DNA of 61,038 nucleotides, filler included. It is 4 parts of 4 records of this genome, joined end to end, with 100 filler letters (N's around TTAATTAATTAA, not from the genome) between each part and the next. Parts side by side here need not be neighbours in the genome. Positions count along the whole stretch, not along the records: positions 44,815 to 55,463 come from SRR31156797_13087; positions 55,564 to 61,038 come from SRR31156797_13116; 2 more parts are not named here. One strand, given 5' to 3'. Position 1 is the first letter of the stretch; the number at the start of each line of letters is the position of its first letter. The notes beneath the pieces were generated by a model. It was not told where the DNA came from. It ran no database searches and was given only the letters and a program-made list of their open reading frames with translations. Below are positions 49,075-58,850 of the stretch, piece after piece. The position numbers and the translations under genes were made by a program.

Positions 49075-49806
49075 ATGGGAAACGTTACAGAAGTTAGAAT
49101 TTTCGATAACCCCAAAAAGGTATACAACGCCATTGCTAAAGAAATAATAAAACGGGTAAATAACTCCAAGCAAGAGGCTTTCGATATTGCCTTATCGGGC
49201 GGTAATTCACCAAAAGGACTGTTTAAAAGAATCAGTAAAAAATACACTGACCAAATTCCATGGGAACGTGTACATCTTTGGTGGGGAGACGAACGTTGTG
49301 TTCCTCCGTCAGACAAACAAAGCAATTACAAAATGGCGGAAGATTATTTACTTCAATACATTGATATACCGGATAAAAACGTACACCGAATTAAAGGAGA
49401 AGAAGATCCTGAACAGGAAGCTGTTCGTTATTCGAAAGAATTGGAAGAAACCTTAAATGCCCGCGGTAAAGATCCGGTATTTGATATAATAATATTAGGA
49501 CTGGGGGATGATGGTCATACTGCTTCTATATTCCCCGACCAACTCGAATTACTGGAACACGAGCATAGTTGCGCAGTAGCTGTACATCCCATTACGAATC
49601 AAAAACGTGTTACAATAACCGGAAAGGTATTGAACAATGCCAACCAGATCTTTTTCCTGGTTTCCGGCTCGAAAAAGGCACTACGCGTCGCAGAGATTAT
49701 GAATGACAATGATGCTGCCAAACTTTTACCGGCCTATTACATTTCGCCAACCAATGGAGAGTTAATCTGGTTCCTGGATGAAGAAGCAGCGATGCAAATC
49801 TCTTAA
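49075..49806 (+). CDS. pgl: 6-phosphogluconolactonase
   Basis: LSGGNSP, WGDERCVPP, SNY, LGLGDDGHTAS. Follows zwf. Confidence 0.95.
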   Translation: MGNVTEVRIFDNPKKVYNAIAKEIIKRVNNSKQEAFDIALSGGNSPKGLFKRISKKYTDQIPWERVHLWWGDERCVPPSDKQSNYKMAEDYLLQYIDIPDKNVHRIKGEEDPEQEAVRYSKELEETLNARGKDPVFDIIILGLGDDGHTASIFPDQLELLEHEHSCAVAVHPITNQKRVTITGKVLNNANQIFFLVSGSKKALRVAEIMNDNDAAKLLPAYYISPTNGELIWFLDEEAAMQIS

Positions 49807-49828
49807 AGGATGAAGACAATTGTTTAGT

Positions 49829-50830
49829 TTATTGTCCCATCTTTAAGATTTCTTCTCCAAATTGAATGGTTTCAGTAATGACTTCATCGTAACATCCCGA
49901 TGTCATTTCGCAGGCAATAACATGTTCACCAGCTTCGGGAAAAGCCTTTTTACGCTTTTTGTCAGGCTGAGTTCCCAACCGGGTATACATGTCAAGCATG
50001 GCATCCACACTCACCACCTCATCCTGGTTATTATCATCTTTGTAGTAATACCCCAGAAATACAGGCGCAGTAACGTTTTTAAAGGTCTCCTTTGTGGTTG
50101 TTGCATCAAGCAGCTGTTGCAGATACACCAAAGCTTCAACCCGGTATTTACAATTCCAGTATTTACATCCCTCAGACTCCAGATCATCTTCTGTAATTCG
50201 ATATTTCCCCCCAATCACTTTTCGTCCAATTTGTAATCCCCAAGGTTTTGACAATACAAACATAGATTTGTTATATACTTTAATATTAGGAGAGTAAAGA
50301 ATCAGGCCATCCACATATTCAGGAAAATCAGATGCAAGTTTTAAGGCCAGCGTCCCCCCTGTTGAAGTACTCATTATAACCACTTTTTTGCCCAGGTTCC
50401 TGGCAACCATTAAGGCCTCTTTTGCCGAACTCCAGAGTTTGTCAGGTGTCATATCCATCAAAGCATCGTCGCTTATTAACCCATGGTCGTGTAAACGGGG
50501 AATATAAAGGTTACATCCAAAATGCTTAGCAAAACGCTCGTGCGCTGGATAACCTTCGTAGCCCGAAGCAGAAAATCCGTGTAAATAAAGCAGACAATAG
50601 TTTGTGCGTTCCTGTACAGAATCATTAGCCCAAACAATCCTCGATTCATTATTTGGTTTAACATTATAAGCTCCCTCTTTGCTTTTAATATATGCTTCAA
50701 TATTGCCAATACTTGCCGATAAGGAAGGCAAATCTTTATTTAATTCAGGTTTTGGTGGTTTTGGGCCCAGCAAGTATACTAAGATTATCAGCAAAAACAA
50801 TATTCCTAAAAAGCGTTTTATTCGTTTCAT
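49829..50830 (-). CDS. Alpha/beta hydrolase with N-terminal membrane anchor
   Basis: LHGFSAS, nucleophile elbow STSTGG, DEVVS, HVI. Confidence 0.85.
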   Translation of the reverse strand: MKRIKRFLGILFLLIILVYLLGPKPPKPELNKDLPSLSASIGNIEAYIKSKEGAYNVKPNNESRIVWANDSVQERTNYCLLYLHGFSASGYEGYPAHERFAKHFGCNLYIPRLHDHGLISDDALMDMTPDKLWSSAKEALMVARNLGKKVVIMSTSTGGTLALKLASDFPEYVDGLILYSPNIKVYNKSMFVLSKPWGLQIGRKVIGGKYRITEDDLESEGCKYWNCKYRVEALVYLQQLLDATTTKETFKNVTAPVFLGYYYKDDNNQDEVVSVDAMLDMYTRLGTQPDKKRKKAFPEAGEHVIACEMTSGCYDEVITETIQFGEEILKMGQ

Positions 50831-50971
50831 CTTTCAATAGTGAGAAGTCCGAGAACTGAATCCTGAAAATCATTCCCAATTTCAATTCGCGGTGGTTAAA
50901 ACTGGTGTTGAAGATACGTGAGATTATGGAAATAATACAGGTATTGAGAAATGTTTTTAAATTAAAATCGG

Positions 50972-52051
50972 TTAAAAATCGATCACCAATTGCACAGCTT
51001 CTTCATCGGCCTCCTCCTGAATAAAGTTGGAAAGGGTTAAGCCCAATAAACGGATGCCTTTAACAAAACCTCCATCAATTTTCATTAATTCCAAACTCTC
51101 ATCAGCAATCATGTTCTTTGAACTGAAGTATGGATCAACGGTCTTACCTCGGGTATGCTGCTCAAAATCAGCGTACTTAAATTTCAGAGTAAGAGTTTTT
51201 GCTTTTACTCCCGATCGTTGTGCCCGCTCCCAAACTTTCTCTGCAATTCTCAAAAGTTCGTTCTTAAGTTCCCTTTCATTAAAAAGGTCGTGTAAAAAGG
51301 TATTTTCTGCTCCAACAGATTTTCGTTCGCGCGAAGGCTGTACTGGCCTGTTATCAATACCCCGGCATATTTCGTAATAATAGTTACCGGCTTTCCCAAA
51401 CATTCGGGTAAGTTCAAAGCGGTCGATCAGTTTTAAATCACGGCCATACCATACACCAATTTCATTTAGCTTTTTTGCCGAAACTTTTCCAATTCCAAAA
51501 AACTTTTTCACTTCCAACTTATCAATAAAATCCTGAGCTATTGGAGGAGTAACCACAAACATGCCATTTGGTTTATTTACATCAGAAGCAACTTTTGCCA
51601 GAAATTTATTATAAGACACTCCTGCGGAGGCTGTTAAACCTGTTTCTGTCCAAATACGATTTCGTATTTCTTTGGCAATTATTGTTGCCGAGGGTTTTCC
51701 CTTTTTGGCATAAGTAACATCCAGGTAGGCTTCATCCAAAGAAAGGGGCTCCACCAGGTCGGTATATTCCAAAAAGATATTGCGTATTTGAGCCGAAATT
51801 TGCTTATAACGATCAAACCTGTGTTTTACAAAGATAAGATCAGGACATTTACGCTTGGCTACTTTTGAAGACATCGCAGAACGAACACCATACCTGCGGG
51901 CTTCGTAGCTGGCAGCAGCTACTACTCCTCTATCGCTTGTTCCTCCAACCGCTACGGGTTTGCCTCTTAATTCCGGATGATCAAGCTGCTCTACAGATGC
52001 AAAAAATGCATCCATATCTATATGGATTATTTTTCTTTGTTCTGTTGTCAA
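50972..52051 (-). CDS. dinB: DNA polymerase IV
   Basis: IHIDMDAFFASVE, ASYEAR, SLDEAYLD, NKFLAKVASD..KP. Start likely TTG 52051. Confidence 0.95.
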   Translation of the reverse strand: MTTEQRKIIHIDMDAFFASVEQLDHPELRGKPVAVGGTSDRGVVAAASYEARRYGVRSAMSSKVAKRKCPDLIFVKHRFDRYKQISAQIRNIFLEYTDLVEPLSLDEAYLDVTYAKKGKPSATIIAKEIRNRIWTETGLTASAGVSYNKFLAKVASDVNKPNGMFVVTPPIAQDFIDKLEVKKFFGIGKVSAKKLNEIGVWYGRDLKLIDRFELTRMFGKAGNYYYEICRGIDNRPVQPSRERKSVGAENTFLHDLFNERELKNELLRIAEKVWERAQRSGVKAKTLTLKFKYADFEQHTRGKTVDPYFSSKNMIADESLELMKIDGGFVKGIRLLGLTLSNFIQEEADEEAVQLVIDF

Positions 52052-52081
52052 ACCACAAAATTTGTCCAAAAATAACAACAA

Positions 52082-52112
52082 AAAAGCTGCTCCCTTAAAA
52101 GAAGCAGCTTTT
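52082..52112 (-). terminator. Terminator of the OmpA-family gene
   Basis: AAAAGCTGCT/AGCAGCTTTT stem with U-tail. Confidence 0.65.
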
Positions 52113-52133
52113 CCCTAAAAAAGGTATTACTTT

Positions 52134-53687
52134 CTAATTATGTCCATCCATTTCCAAAATTTTAAACTCAGTTCTTCGATTCTTGCGGTGATCTGCTTCT
52201 GAACAATCCACACCATCGTCGCATTCATTTACCAGCTGAGTTTCGCCGTATCCTTTGGCAATAATCCTTTCTGAATCGATACCAGAATCAACTATATAAC
52301 CAACAGCTGAATCAGAACGTTTTTGACTTAACACTTCGTTATAAGAATCGCTTCCCCGACAGTCGGTATGAGATCCCAGCTCAACTTTCCAGCTTGGATT
52401 GTCATTCATTACTTTAACGAGTTTATCCAACTCAACTTTTGATTCAGCAAGTATATCCCATTTATCAAAATCGTAGTAAATATTCTCCATTACAAACTTT
52501 TGTCCAACCACTACCTTCTCAACCCAGAGCGTATCTTTTATCACACCAAAAGGTTTACCAGCAGTAGAAATGGTTTTTGAATCATTCATATAACCTTCCA
52601 TATTGGTTGTCACATTATAAGTTTTGTTCTTTTCAAGTTCTTTTTTGAAGATCAGTCCCTTTAAGGCAGAAAAAATACCTGCAAATGTAATTTTTGCTCC
52701 CTCTACATTTTTGCCGGTCTTTTTGTCCAAAACCACCAATTCAAGTTCATACTTTCCTAGTTGCTCAAGCGTTACCTTGTAAATATCATCACTTCCTTCT
52801 CCTCCACTCCTGTCCGAGGTAAAATACCCTATCTCTCCACCGGAATGAATCACAAAACCAAAATCATCACCTTCAGAGTTTAATTCCTCCAGTTCGGCAA
52901 CACCAGTAATGTTTTCATCAAATAATCCAACATTATAAATATCAAGATCGTCTCCACTTCCCCGTCCATTCGATGCAAAAACAAGGAGTTTACCTTTGTA
53001 AATAAACGGGAACAAATCATTCTTCTCGGTATTAACTGCTTCTCCAAGATTTTTCATTTCACCCCAAACTCCGTTAGACCGAACCGACATATATATATCG
53101 GTACCACCTAATCCTTTATCCGGAATATCAGAGGCAAAATATAGTGTATCGCCAGATTTGGTAATCGTTGGATGACCTACAGAATATTTAGGATTATTAA
53201 ATGGTAGTTCGCCTGTTTTTTGCCAGGTTCCATTAATTTTTTTGGCAATTATAACCTTTAATCGAATATCGGTTTTTTGATAAACCTTGTTTCGAACTTC
53301 CGGATTCTCAAAATTACTCAAAGTAACAAACAGTTCTCCTGTTTTCTCGCAATAAGCCACCGGACCAGCATGATAATCTTCGCTTATCCCTGCCATATGA
53401 GCTGTTTTACCTTCCAGTGTATTTCCTTTTTTATCAACAGGTGTAGAAAACAGGTTGTAATAAATTTTCTTGTCGGAACCACTGTTTAACTTCTCTATTT
53501 CTTCTTCAGTAAAAGCAGAATACCAGAGTTCCTCCTGAACAAAAGCAGGTCCAAAGTCACTTTGCGAAGTGTTTAAATCAGTCTTTTGAACTTCAAGCTT
53601 TACTTTTTCTTTGAAATAAACGCACTTTTTTTGGGCAACTAACACAGTCGGAATTATTACCATTAAAAGTAGTAATACTCTTTTCAT
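52134..53687 (-). CDS. OmpA family protein with PD40 beta-propeller repeats
   Basis: LYFASD..GLGGTDIY, YFTSDR.GGEGSDDIY; OmpA domain NIYYDFDK, SHTDCRG, NRRTEF. Confidence 0.9.
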   Translation of the reverse strand: MKRVLLLLMVIIPTVLVAQKKCVYFKEKVKLEVQKTDLNTSQSDFGPAFVQEELWYSAFTEEEIEKLNSGSDKKIYYNLFSTPVDKKGNTLEGKTAHMAGISEDYHAGPVAYCEKTGELFVTLSNFENPEVRNKVYQKTDIRLKVIIAKKINGTWQKTGELPFNNPKYSVGHPTITKSGDTLYFASDIPDKGLGGTDIYMSVRSNGVWGEMKNLGEAVNTEKNDLFPFIYKGKLLVFASNGRGSGDDLDIYNVGLFDENITGVAELEELNSEGDDFGFVIHSGGEIGYFTSDRSGGEGSDDIYKVTLEQLGKYELELVVLDKKTGKNVEGAKITFAGIFSALKGLIFKKELEKNKTYNVTTNMEGYMNDSKTISTAGKPFGVIKDTLWVEKVVVGQKFVMENIYYDFDKWDILAESKVELDKLVKVMNDNPSWKVELGSHTDCRGSDSYNEVLSQKRSDSAVGYIVDSGIDSERIIAKGYGETQLVNECDDGVDCSEADHRKNRRTEFKILEMDGHN

Positions 53688-53836
53688 AATTGTTTGAATT
53701 TAGGATTATACTGAAACTAATAATTACATAACAAATATTAAGCAAGCAAGAAACTCACTTAATACGACCCTTATTTTTCTAAAAAACAAAATAATATTTG
53801 CAATTTAGTTTCACCAAGTTAGAGCATTTTCCTCAA

Positions 53837-55255
53837 TTAATCAAACCTTTTCGTAAGCATTACCACATTTTCCACATGGTGCGTATGCGGGAACATATCA
53901 ACGGGTTGAATTTTCTCAATTTGGTACAACGAATCGAGTAATGATAAGTCGCGAGCCTGGGTGGCCGGATTACAACTAACATAAACTATTTTATTGGGCT
54001 TTACATTTAAAATGGTTTGCACCACGTCGGCATGCATCCCCGCTCTTGGAGGATCGGTTATAATTACTTCGGGATGACCATGCTCAGCAACAAAAGAGTC
54101 ATTTAGCACGTCCTTCATATCCCCGGCAAAAAAAGAAGTATTGTCAACATTGTTTATCTCACTATTTATTTTTGCATCTTCAATTGCCTCGGGCACATAT
54201 TCAATGCCAACTACTTTTTTTGCTTTTTTTGCAACAAAGTTTGCGATTGTCCCTGTTCCGGTATAAAGATCATAAACAGTTTCATCTCCACTTAGCCCGG
54301 CAAACTCACGTGTAATCCGGTACAACTCATAAGCCTGTTCCGAATTTGTTTGATAGAAACTTTTTGGCCCAATTTTAAACTTAAGGCCTTCCATTTCTTC
54401 AAAAATATAGTCTCTTCCCTTGAATGTCTTTATTTCCTGATCGGTAATCGTATCATTTCCCTTGCTATTAATCACATACATTAACGATGTTATTTCAGGA
54501 TACTTCTCCTGAACGGCGTTTAATAATGCTTCTCGTTTGCATTTATCCTCGTAAAAGAAACTAAGAATAACCATAAGCTCACCCGTTGAAGCCGTTCGAA
54601 TAATGAGCGTACGTAAAAATCCCTTTTGCTCCCGAATATCAAAAAATGAAAAACTATTTTCCAGGGCATATTCTGCAATATAGTTTCGTATAGCATTTGA
54701 AGGTTCTGGTTGTAGCCAGCATTTATCAATATTTATTACTTTATCAAACAGGCCCGGCACATGAAATCCCAGTGCGTTTGGATTATTAATTTCTGTTCCG
54801 TTTTCTACCTCTTCATAGGTAAGCCACCGTTTATTCGAAAAGGTAAACTCCAGTTTATTGCGGTAAAAGGTGTTCTTTTCAGATCCTAAAATTTGCAATA
54901 CCTCAGGCAATTCAATCTTTCCTATTCTGGACAACTGATCTTCAACTTGTTTCTGTTTGTAATACAACTGCTTCTTGTACGGTAACATTTGCCATTTGCA
55001 ACCTCCACAAATTCCAAAATGGTCACAAAGACCATCAATTCGGTCGCTGCTATATTCTTTAAATTCTTTTACAATGGCTTCCTGGTATCTTTTACGTTTT
55101 TTAGTAACCTGCAAATCTACCACGTCGCCAGGTATGGCCATTTTTGTAAAAACGACCATTTCCCCAACTTTTGCCACAGCCTTTCCTTCTGCGCCAATAT
55201 CTTCAATTCTCACATTTTCGTAAAATGGTTTTTTCCTGTTTCTTGCCACAATCAA
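53837..55255 (-). CDS. rlmD: 23S rRNA (uracil1939-C5) methyltransferase
   Basis: TRAM domain, CDHFGICGGC, YRNKLEF, SFYQTN, DLYTGTGTI, DPPRAG, YVSCNPATQARD, DMFPHTHHVE. Confidence 0.95.
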   Translation of the reverse strand: MIVARNRKKPFYENVRIEDIGAEGKAVAKVGEMVVFTKMAIPGDVVDLQVTKKRKRYQEAIVKEFKEYSSDRIDGLCDHFGICGGCKWQMLPYKKQLYYKQKQVEDQLSRIGKIELPEVLQILGSEKNTFYRNKLEFTFSNKRWLTYEEVENGTEINNPNALGFHVPGLFDKVINIDKCWLQPEPSNAIRNYIAEYALENSFSFFDIREQKGFLRTLIIRTASTGELMVILSFFYEDKCKREALLNAVQEKYPEITSLMYVINSKGNDTITDQEIKTFKGRDYIFEEMEGLKFKIGPKSFYQTNSEQAYELYRITREFAGLSGDETVYDLYTGTGTIANFVAKKAKKVVGIEYVPEAIEDAKINSEINNVDNTSFFAGDMKDVLNDSFVAEHGHPEVIITDPPRAGMHADVVQTILNVKPNKIVYVSCNPATQARDLSLLDSLYQIEKIQPVDMFPHTHHVENVVMLTKRFD

Positions 55256-55463
55256 TAATTTTGCTGCAAATATAATTCAATATTACAGATTGCATTATTC
55301 TTGTAACATCTCACGTTTCCCAAAAAAAAATCAACTTTCCCATTCTGGGAAAACAAACCATTTTCCTCTACACAAAACTCATTTTATGTTTCATAAACCT
55401 TTAACTCTATGATCATTTCTTTATATTTGCTATTGATTTAATGGTTGGTTTTATTTTCAATAA

Positions 55464-55563
55464 NNNNNNNNNNNNNNNNNNNNNNNNNNNNNNNNNNNNN
55501 NNNNNNNTTAATTAATTAANNNNNNNNNNNNNNNNNNNNNNNNNNNNNNNNNNNNNNNNNNNN
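55464..55563. other. Artificial contig linker
   Basis: N44-TTAATTAATTAA-N44. Confidence 0.98.
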
Positions 55564-55565
55564 AG

Positions 55566-56066
55566 GAAACACCGAACAAAACGGAAGTTCAGGACGACAC
55601 TAAAGGCGTTCCAAGAAACCGGACCAGATTATCTGATGCCTGTGCTGAAGTTGTGGTCGGTGATATTATGTCAGAAGAGACCACGGTTGTAAGGGATAGT
55701 GACTCCATAGAAGACATAGTTGGACTCATGACAGAGACACCTTATCATAGCTTTCCCGTCCTGGATGCAGATGGAAAGCTGGTGGGAGTTATAGGACAGG
55801 ACAACATACTTGAGCTTCTTTTTTTTGAAAGGAGCCACAGGCACCATCACACACATCTGATGGCCATAAAGGCAATAAGTGAAGAGGCATCCACACTCAT
55901 GGTACACCACCCGGTAACAATATCCGCTGATGCCACCCTATGCGATGCTGTGGACCTAATACTTAACCATCATATTGACTCGCTGTACGTGATAAAGGAC
56001 AGGGAACTTGCAGGCGTTGTTTCAAGGTCGGACATAATCAGGAAAATACATGAAATGAGGAGATAG
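55566..56066 (+). CDS. CBS-domain pair protein (probably 5'-partial)
   Basis: VGDIMS, SFPVLDADGKLVGVI, LYVI....LAGVVSRSDI. The frame is open back to the contig edge. Confidence 0.85.
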   Translation, partial: ETPNKTEVQDDTKGVPRNRTRLSDACAEVVVGDIMSEETTVVRDSDSIEDIVGLMTETPYHSFPVLDADGKLVGVIGQDNILELLFFERSHRHHHTHLMAIKAISEEASTLMVHHPVTISADATLCDAVDLILNHHIDSLYVIKDRELAGVVSRSDIIRKIHEMRR

Positions 56067-56072
56067 TGACCA

Positions 56073-57245
56073 ATGGAAGCACTATTCCAGATTCTGGTCA
56101 TATTGTTCCTTGCAAGAGTATTCAGTGAGATTAGCGAGAGAATAGGCCTGCCAGGCATGATTGGAGAGATTGGTGCCGGTCTTCTCTTTGCCCTTGCCCT
56201 GAAACCTGATGATATCGAAACACTCACATTTTTTGCTGAACTGGGAGCCATATTCCTGCTGTTTACCGCAGGTTACAGGGAAGTTCATGTAAATGACCTA
56301 AAAGCGGCATCTACAAAAGCCCTCATACCTACCCTGACCCAGATACTCGTTGCATTCGGATTTGGATTTGCGTTGGGCAAGATGTTTGGTTTTGGTTTCA
56401 CAGAAAGTCTTTTCCTTGCAGTTGCTTTTAGTCCAACAAGTATCAGTGTTGTTGTTAAAACACTGATAGACACCGATTTTCTCTCAAGCAAACCTGGCTC
56501 TATGATGCTTACGTCAGCCATTTTTGATGACATAATTGGCATATTCCTGCTGTCGCTGGTGGTCTCAGTGGCAACGCTTAACCAGTTCCCTTCAGCAGAA
56601 TACATGCTTTTGATATTGATAAAGATCATTGCATTCATTATCATAATGGGTCTGATGGGATGGAAGGTATTCCCACGCCTTTTTGAATACATACAGAAAA
56701 TGCATACCCGTGAATCACTTTTTTCTTTTGTCATCCTCATAGCACTATTGTCAGCTTACCTTGCCGAACTGTTTGGACTGCATGCTGTTATTGGTGCATT
56801 TTTCGGAGGAGTGCTGCTTTCGGACCTGCCCCTTGCAAAGATAGAAACAGTGCAGAAAAAGGTTAGTGGTATCGCCTATGGTATTTTCACACCCCTCTTC
56901 TTTGCGTTCATCGGGCTTAGTGTGGAGACAGAAGCATTGTACACCGCTGGCATCTTTACGGCACTTGTTATCATACTTGCCCTTTCAGGAAAGCTTATTG
57001 GGGGATTTATTGGTACAAAGCTTATTGGTTTTAGTTCAAAGGACAGCCTGATATTTGGAATAGGCATGATGCCACGCGCAGGTGTGGAGCTTGTTGTTAT
57101 CGCAATTGGAAAGGAGCTTGGTATCATAAGCAATTATGTGTTTTCCGCCATTGTCCTGATGGTTGTAGCATCCATCATTGTTTCACCGATATTGCTTGAG
57201 ATGTCTATCAGGTACAAGGAAAAGGGACTAAAGGTCCATACCTGA
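56073..57245 (+). CDS. Cation:proton antiporter (CPA2/NapA-like)
   Basis: Many TM segments, GEIGAG, LFTAG, PTSISVV, AIFDDI, GMMPRAG. Confidence 0.9.
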   Translation: MEALFQILVILFLARVFSEISERIGLPGMIGEIGAGLLFALALKPDDIETLTFFAELGAIFLLFTAGYREVHVNDLKAASTKALIPTLTQILVAFGFGFALGKMFGFGFTESLFLAVAFSPTSISVVVKTLIDTDFLSSKPGSMMLTSAIFDDIIGIFLLSLVVSVATLNQFPSAEYMLLILIKIIAFIIIMGLMGWKVFPRLFEYIQKMHTRESLFSFVILIALLSAYLAELFGLHAVIGAFFGGVLLSDLPLAKIETVQKKVSGIAYGIFTPLFFAFIGLSVETEALYTAGIFTALVIILALSGKLIGGFIGTKLIGFSSKDSLIFGIGMMPRAGVELVVIAIGKELGIISNYVFSAIVLMVVASIIVSPILLEMSIRYKEKGLKVHT

Positions 57246-57327
57246 AAGCTTGCTGATAGCCAGGACAACAAATACTTAAATTATTGAATAAGATTATTAT
57301 TTGATATAATAAGATGGAGGGGTTTCT

Positions 57328-57825
57328 ATCAGTCAGAGCACAGGATTTGGCAAATTAAGTAATGAGGACACAAAAGAAGGACTTCTAAGTGAAGAAAGTG
57401 GGCAGGCTGAAGAGTATGAAACAGAACGTGCGGATCTGCAAAAGAAGACAGAACTTCGCGCCAAGGCCCTTGAGGGGCTGGTAGACACCAGTGGAGTTAT
57501 TGCATTCCTGCGAAGCCCAAAGGAAGATGCTCCACTAGAATACATTTCCAGGGGAATTAAGGCATTTGGCTACAAGCCTGAAGACTTTACATCAGGCAAA
57601 ATATTATTCAAGGATTTTGTTCACCCGGAAGACTCAAGCAGTGCATTTCTGGAACTTACTGAAAATGCCCTTGAAGGAGCTGCGCAGCACAGGCAAACAT
57701 ACCGCGTAAGGACTAAAAAAGACCACATCAAAGTAGTCGAGGAAAAAACCGCGATCATGAGAGATGATAGTGGAAAAGTAATCTTCTACCAGGGAATACT
57801 TGAGGACATCACAGACAAAAAGTAA
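57328..57825 (+). CDS. PAS/PAC domain protein with probable non-canonical ATC start
   Basis: Not in the ORF track. Open frame contains EYISRGIKAFGYKPEDF, FVHPED, YRV.TK, RDDSGKVIFYQGILEDITDKK*. RBS GGAGGGG lies 5 nt before ATC. No ATG/GTG/TTG occurs before the PAS domain. Confidence 0.7.
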   Translation: MSQSTGFGKLSNEDTKEGLLSEESGQAEEYETERADLQKKTELRAKALEGLVDTSGVIAFLRSPKEDAPLEYISRGIKAFGYKPEDFTSGKILFKDFVHPEDSSSAFLELTENALEGAAQHRQTYRVRTKKDHIKVVEEKTAIMRDDSGKVIFYQGILEDITDKK

Positions 57826-57862
57826 GTGATAAACTACAAGGTATTAGGTGTTAAGTATTAAT

Positions 57863-58786
57863 ATGGGACCAGGACGAGTTTTTGCCATCAGTGAAACGTT
57901 CTATGACATACTGTTTAGCAAAAGCAAGCCTGCCTCTGCCTGCCCCGGCGGGTCCATGCTCAATAGTTCAGTTTCACTGGGAAGAGCCGGCGTACCAGTA
58001 GCATATATCAGCGAATTTTCACGCGACAATGTGGGAAACATCATTCTTGGATTTCTTACGGAAAACAAAGTATCCACGGAATATCTATACCTCTACAAAG
58101 GAAAAACACCGCTTGCACATGCATTCCTGAATGAGAGAAACGATGCGGAATATGAATTCTATGAGGAATTTCCGAAAGAGAGACTTGATATTAATATTCC
58201 TGACTTTGGACCTGATGATATCGTGTTGTTTGGGTCAATACTCGCTACAACTGAAAAAGCAAGGAAGAAATTGGTGAAAATAATCAATTCCGCTAAAAAA
58301 GCTGGATCACTGGTTATTTACGATCCGAACTTCAGGGCATCGCAGCTTCCAGTGCCGGACAAAATCAGACCCATGATATGTGAGAATATTGCGCTATCAA
58401 ACGTTGTCAGGGCATCTGATGAGGATATGGAAATGATATTCGGGTGCAACGGCCCCACTGAAGCTTACAAAATCGTCCGTGATTGCGGATGCAATTACCT
58501 GGTATACACATCCAGTTCAGATGGCGTCCATCTGATGTCACCGCAAATTTCAAAACACTACACAATCCCTGCCATTGAAACAGTAAGCACAGTGGGTGCA
58601 GGAGACAGTTTTAATGCAGGCATTGTTTTTGAGATGTATTCAAAAAACATCAATAACCTGAAATATGTAACAGAGAACGAGTGGGATACCATTGTTACAT
58701 CGGGAATAGATTTTGCATCCGATGTTTGCATGAGTACTGAGAATTATATTTCAAATGATTTTGCCAGTGGATTAAAAAAGGCATAG
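57863..58786 (+). CDS. PfkB family carbohydrate kinase
   Basis: PGGS.LN, YDPNFR, STVGAGDSFNAG. Confidence 0.9.
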   Translation: MGPGRVFAISETFYDILFSKSKPASACPGGSMLNSSVSLGRAGVPVAYISEFSRDNVGNIILGFLTENKVSTEYLYLYKGKTPLAHAFLNERNDAEYEFYEEFPKERLDINIPDFGPDDIVLFGSILATTEKARKKLVKIINSAKKAGSLVIYDPNFRASQLPVPDKIRPMICENIALSNVVRASDEDMEMIFGCNGPTEAYKIVRDCGCNYLVYTSSSDGVHLMSPQISKHYTIPAIETVSTVGAGDSFNAGIVFEMYSKNINNLKYVTENEWDTIVTSGIDFASDVCMSTENYISNDFASGLKKA

Positions 58787-58850
58787 TTCCATATTAGATC
58801 AGTAGTCAAATTGTAGTAATTTAGTTGAAAATTAACGGGGAGTCATTAAA

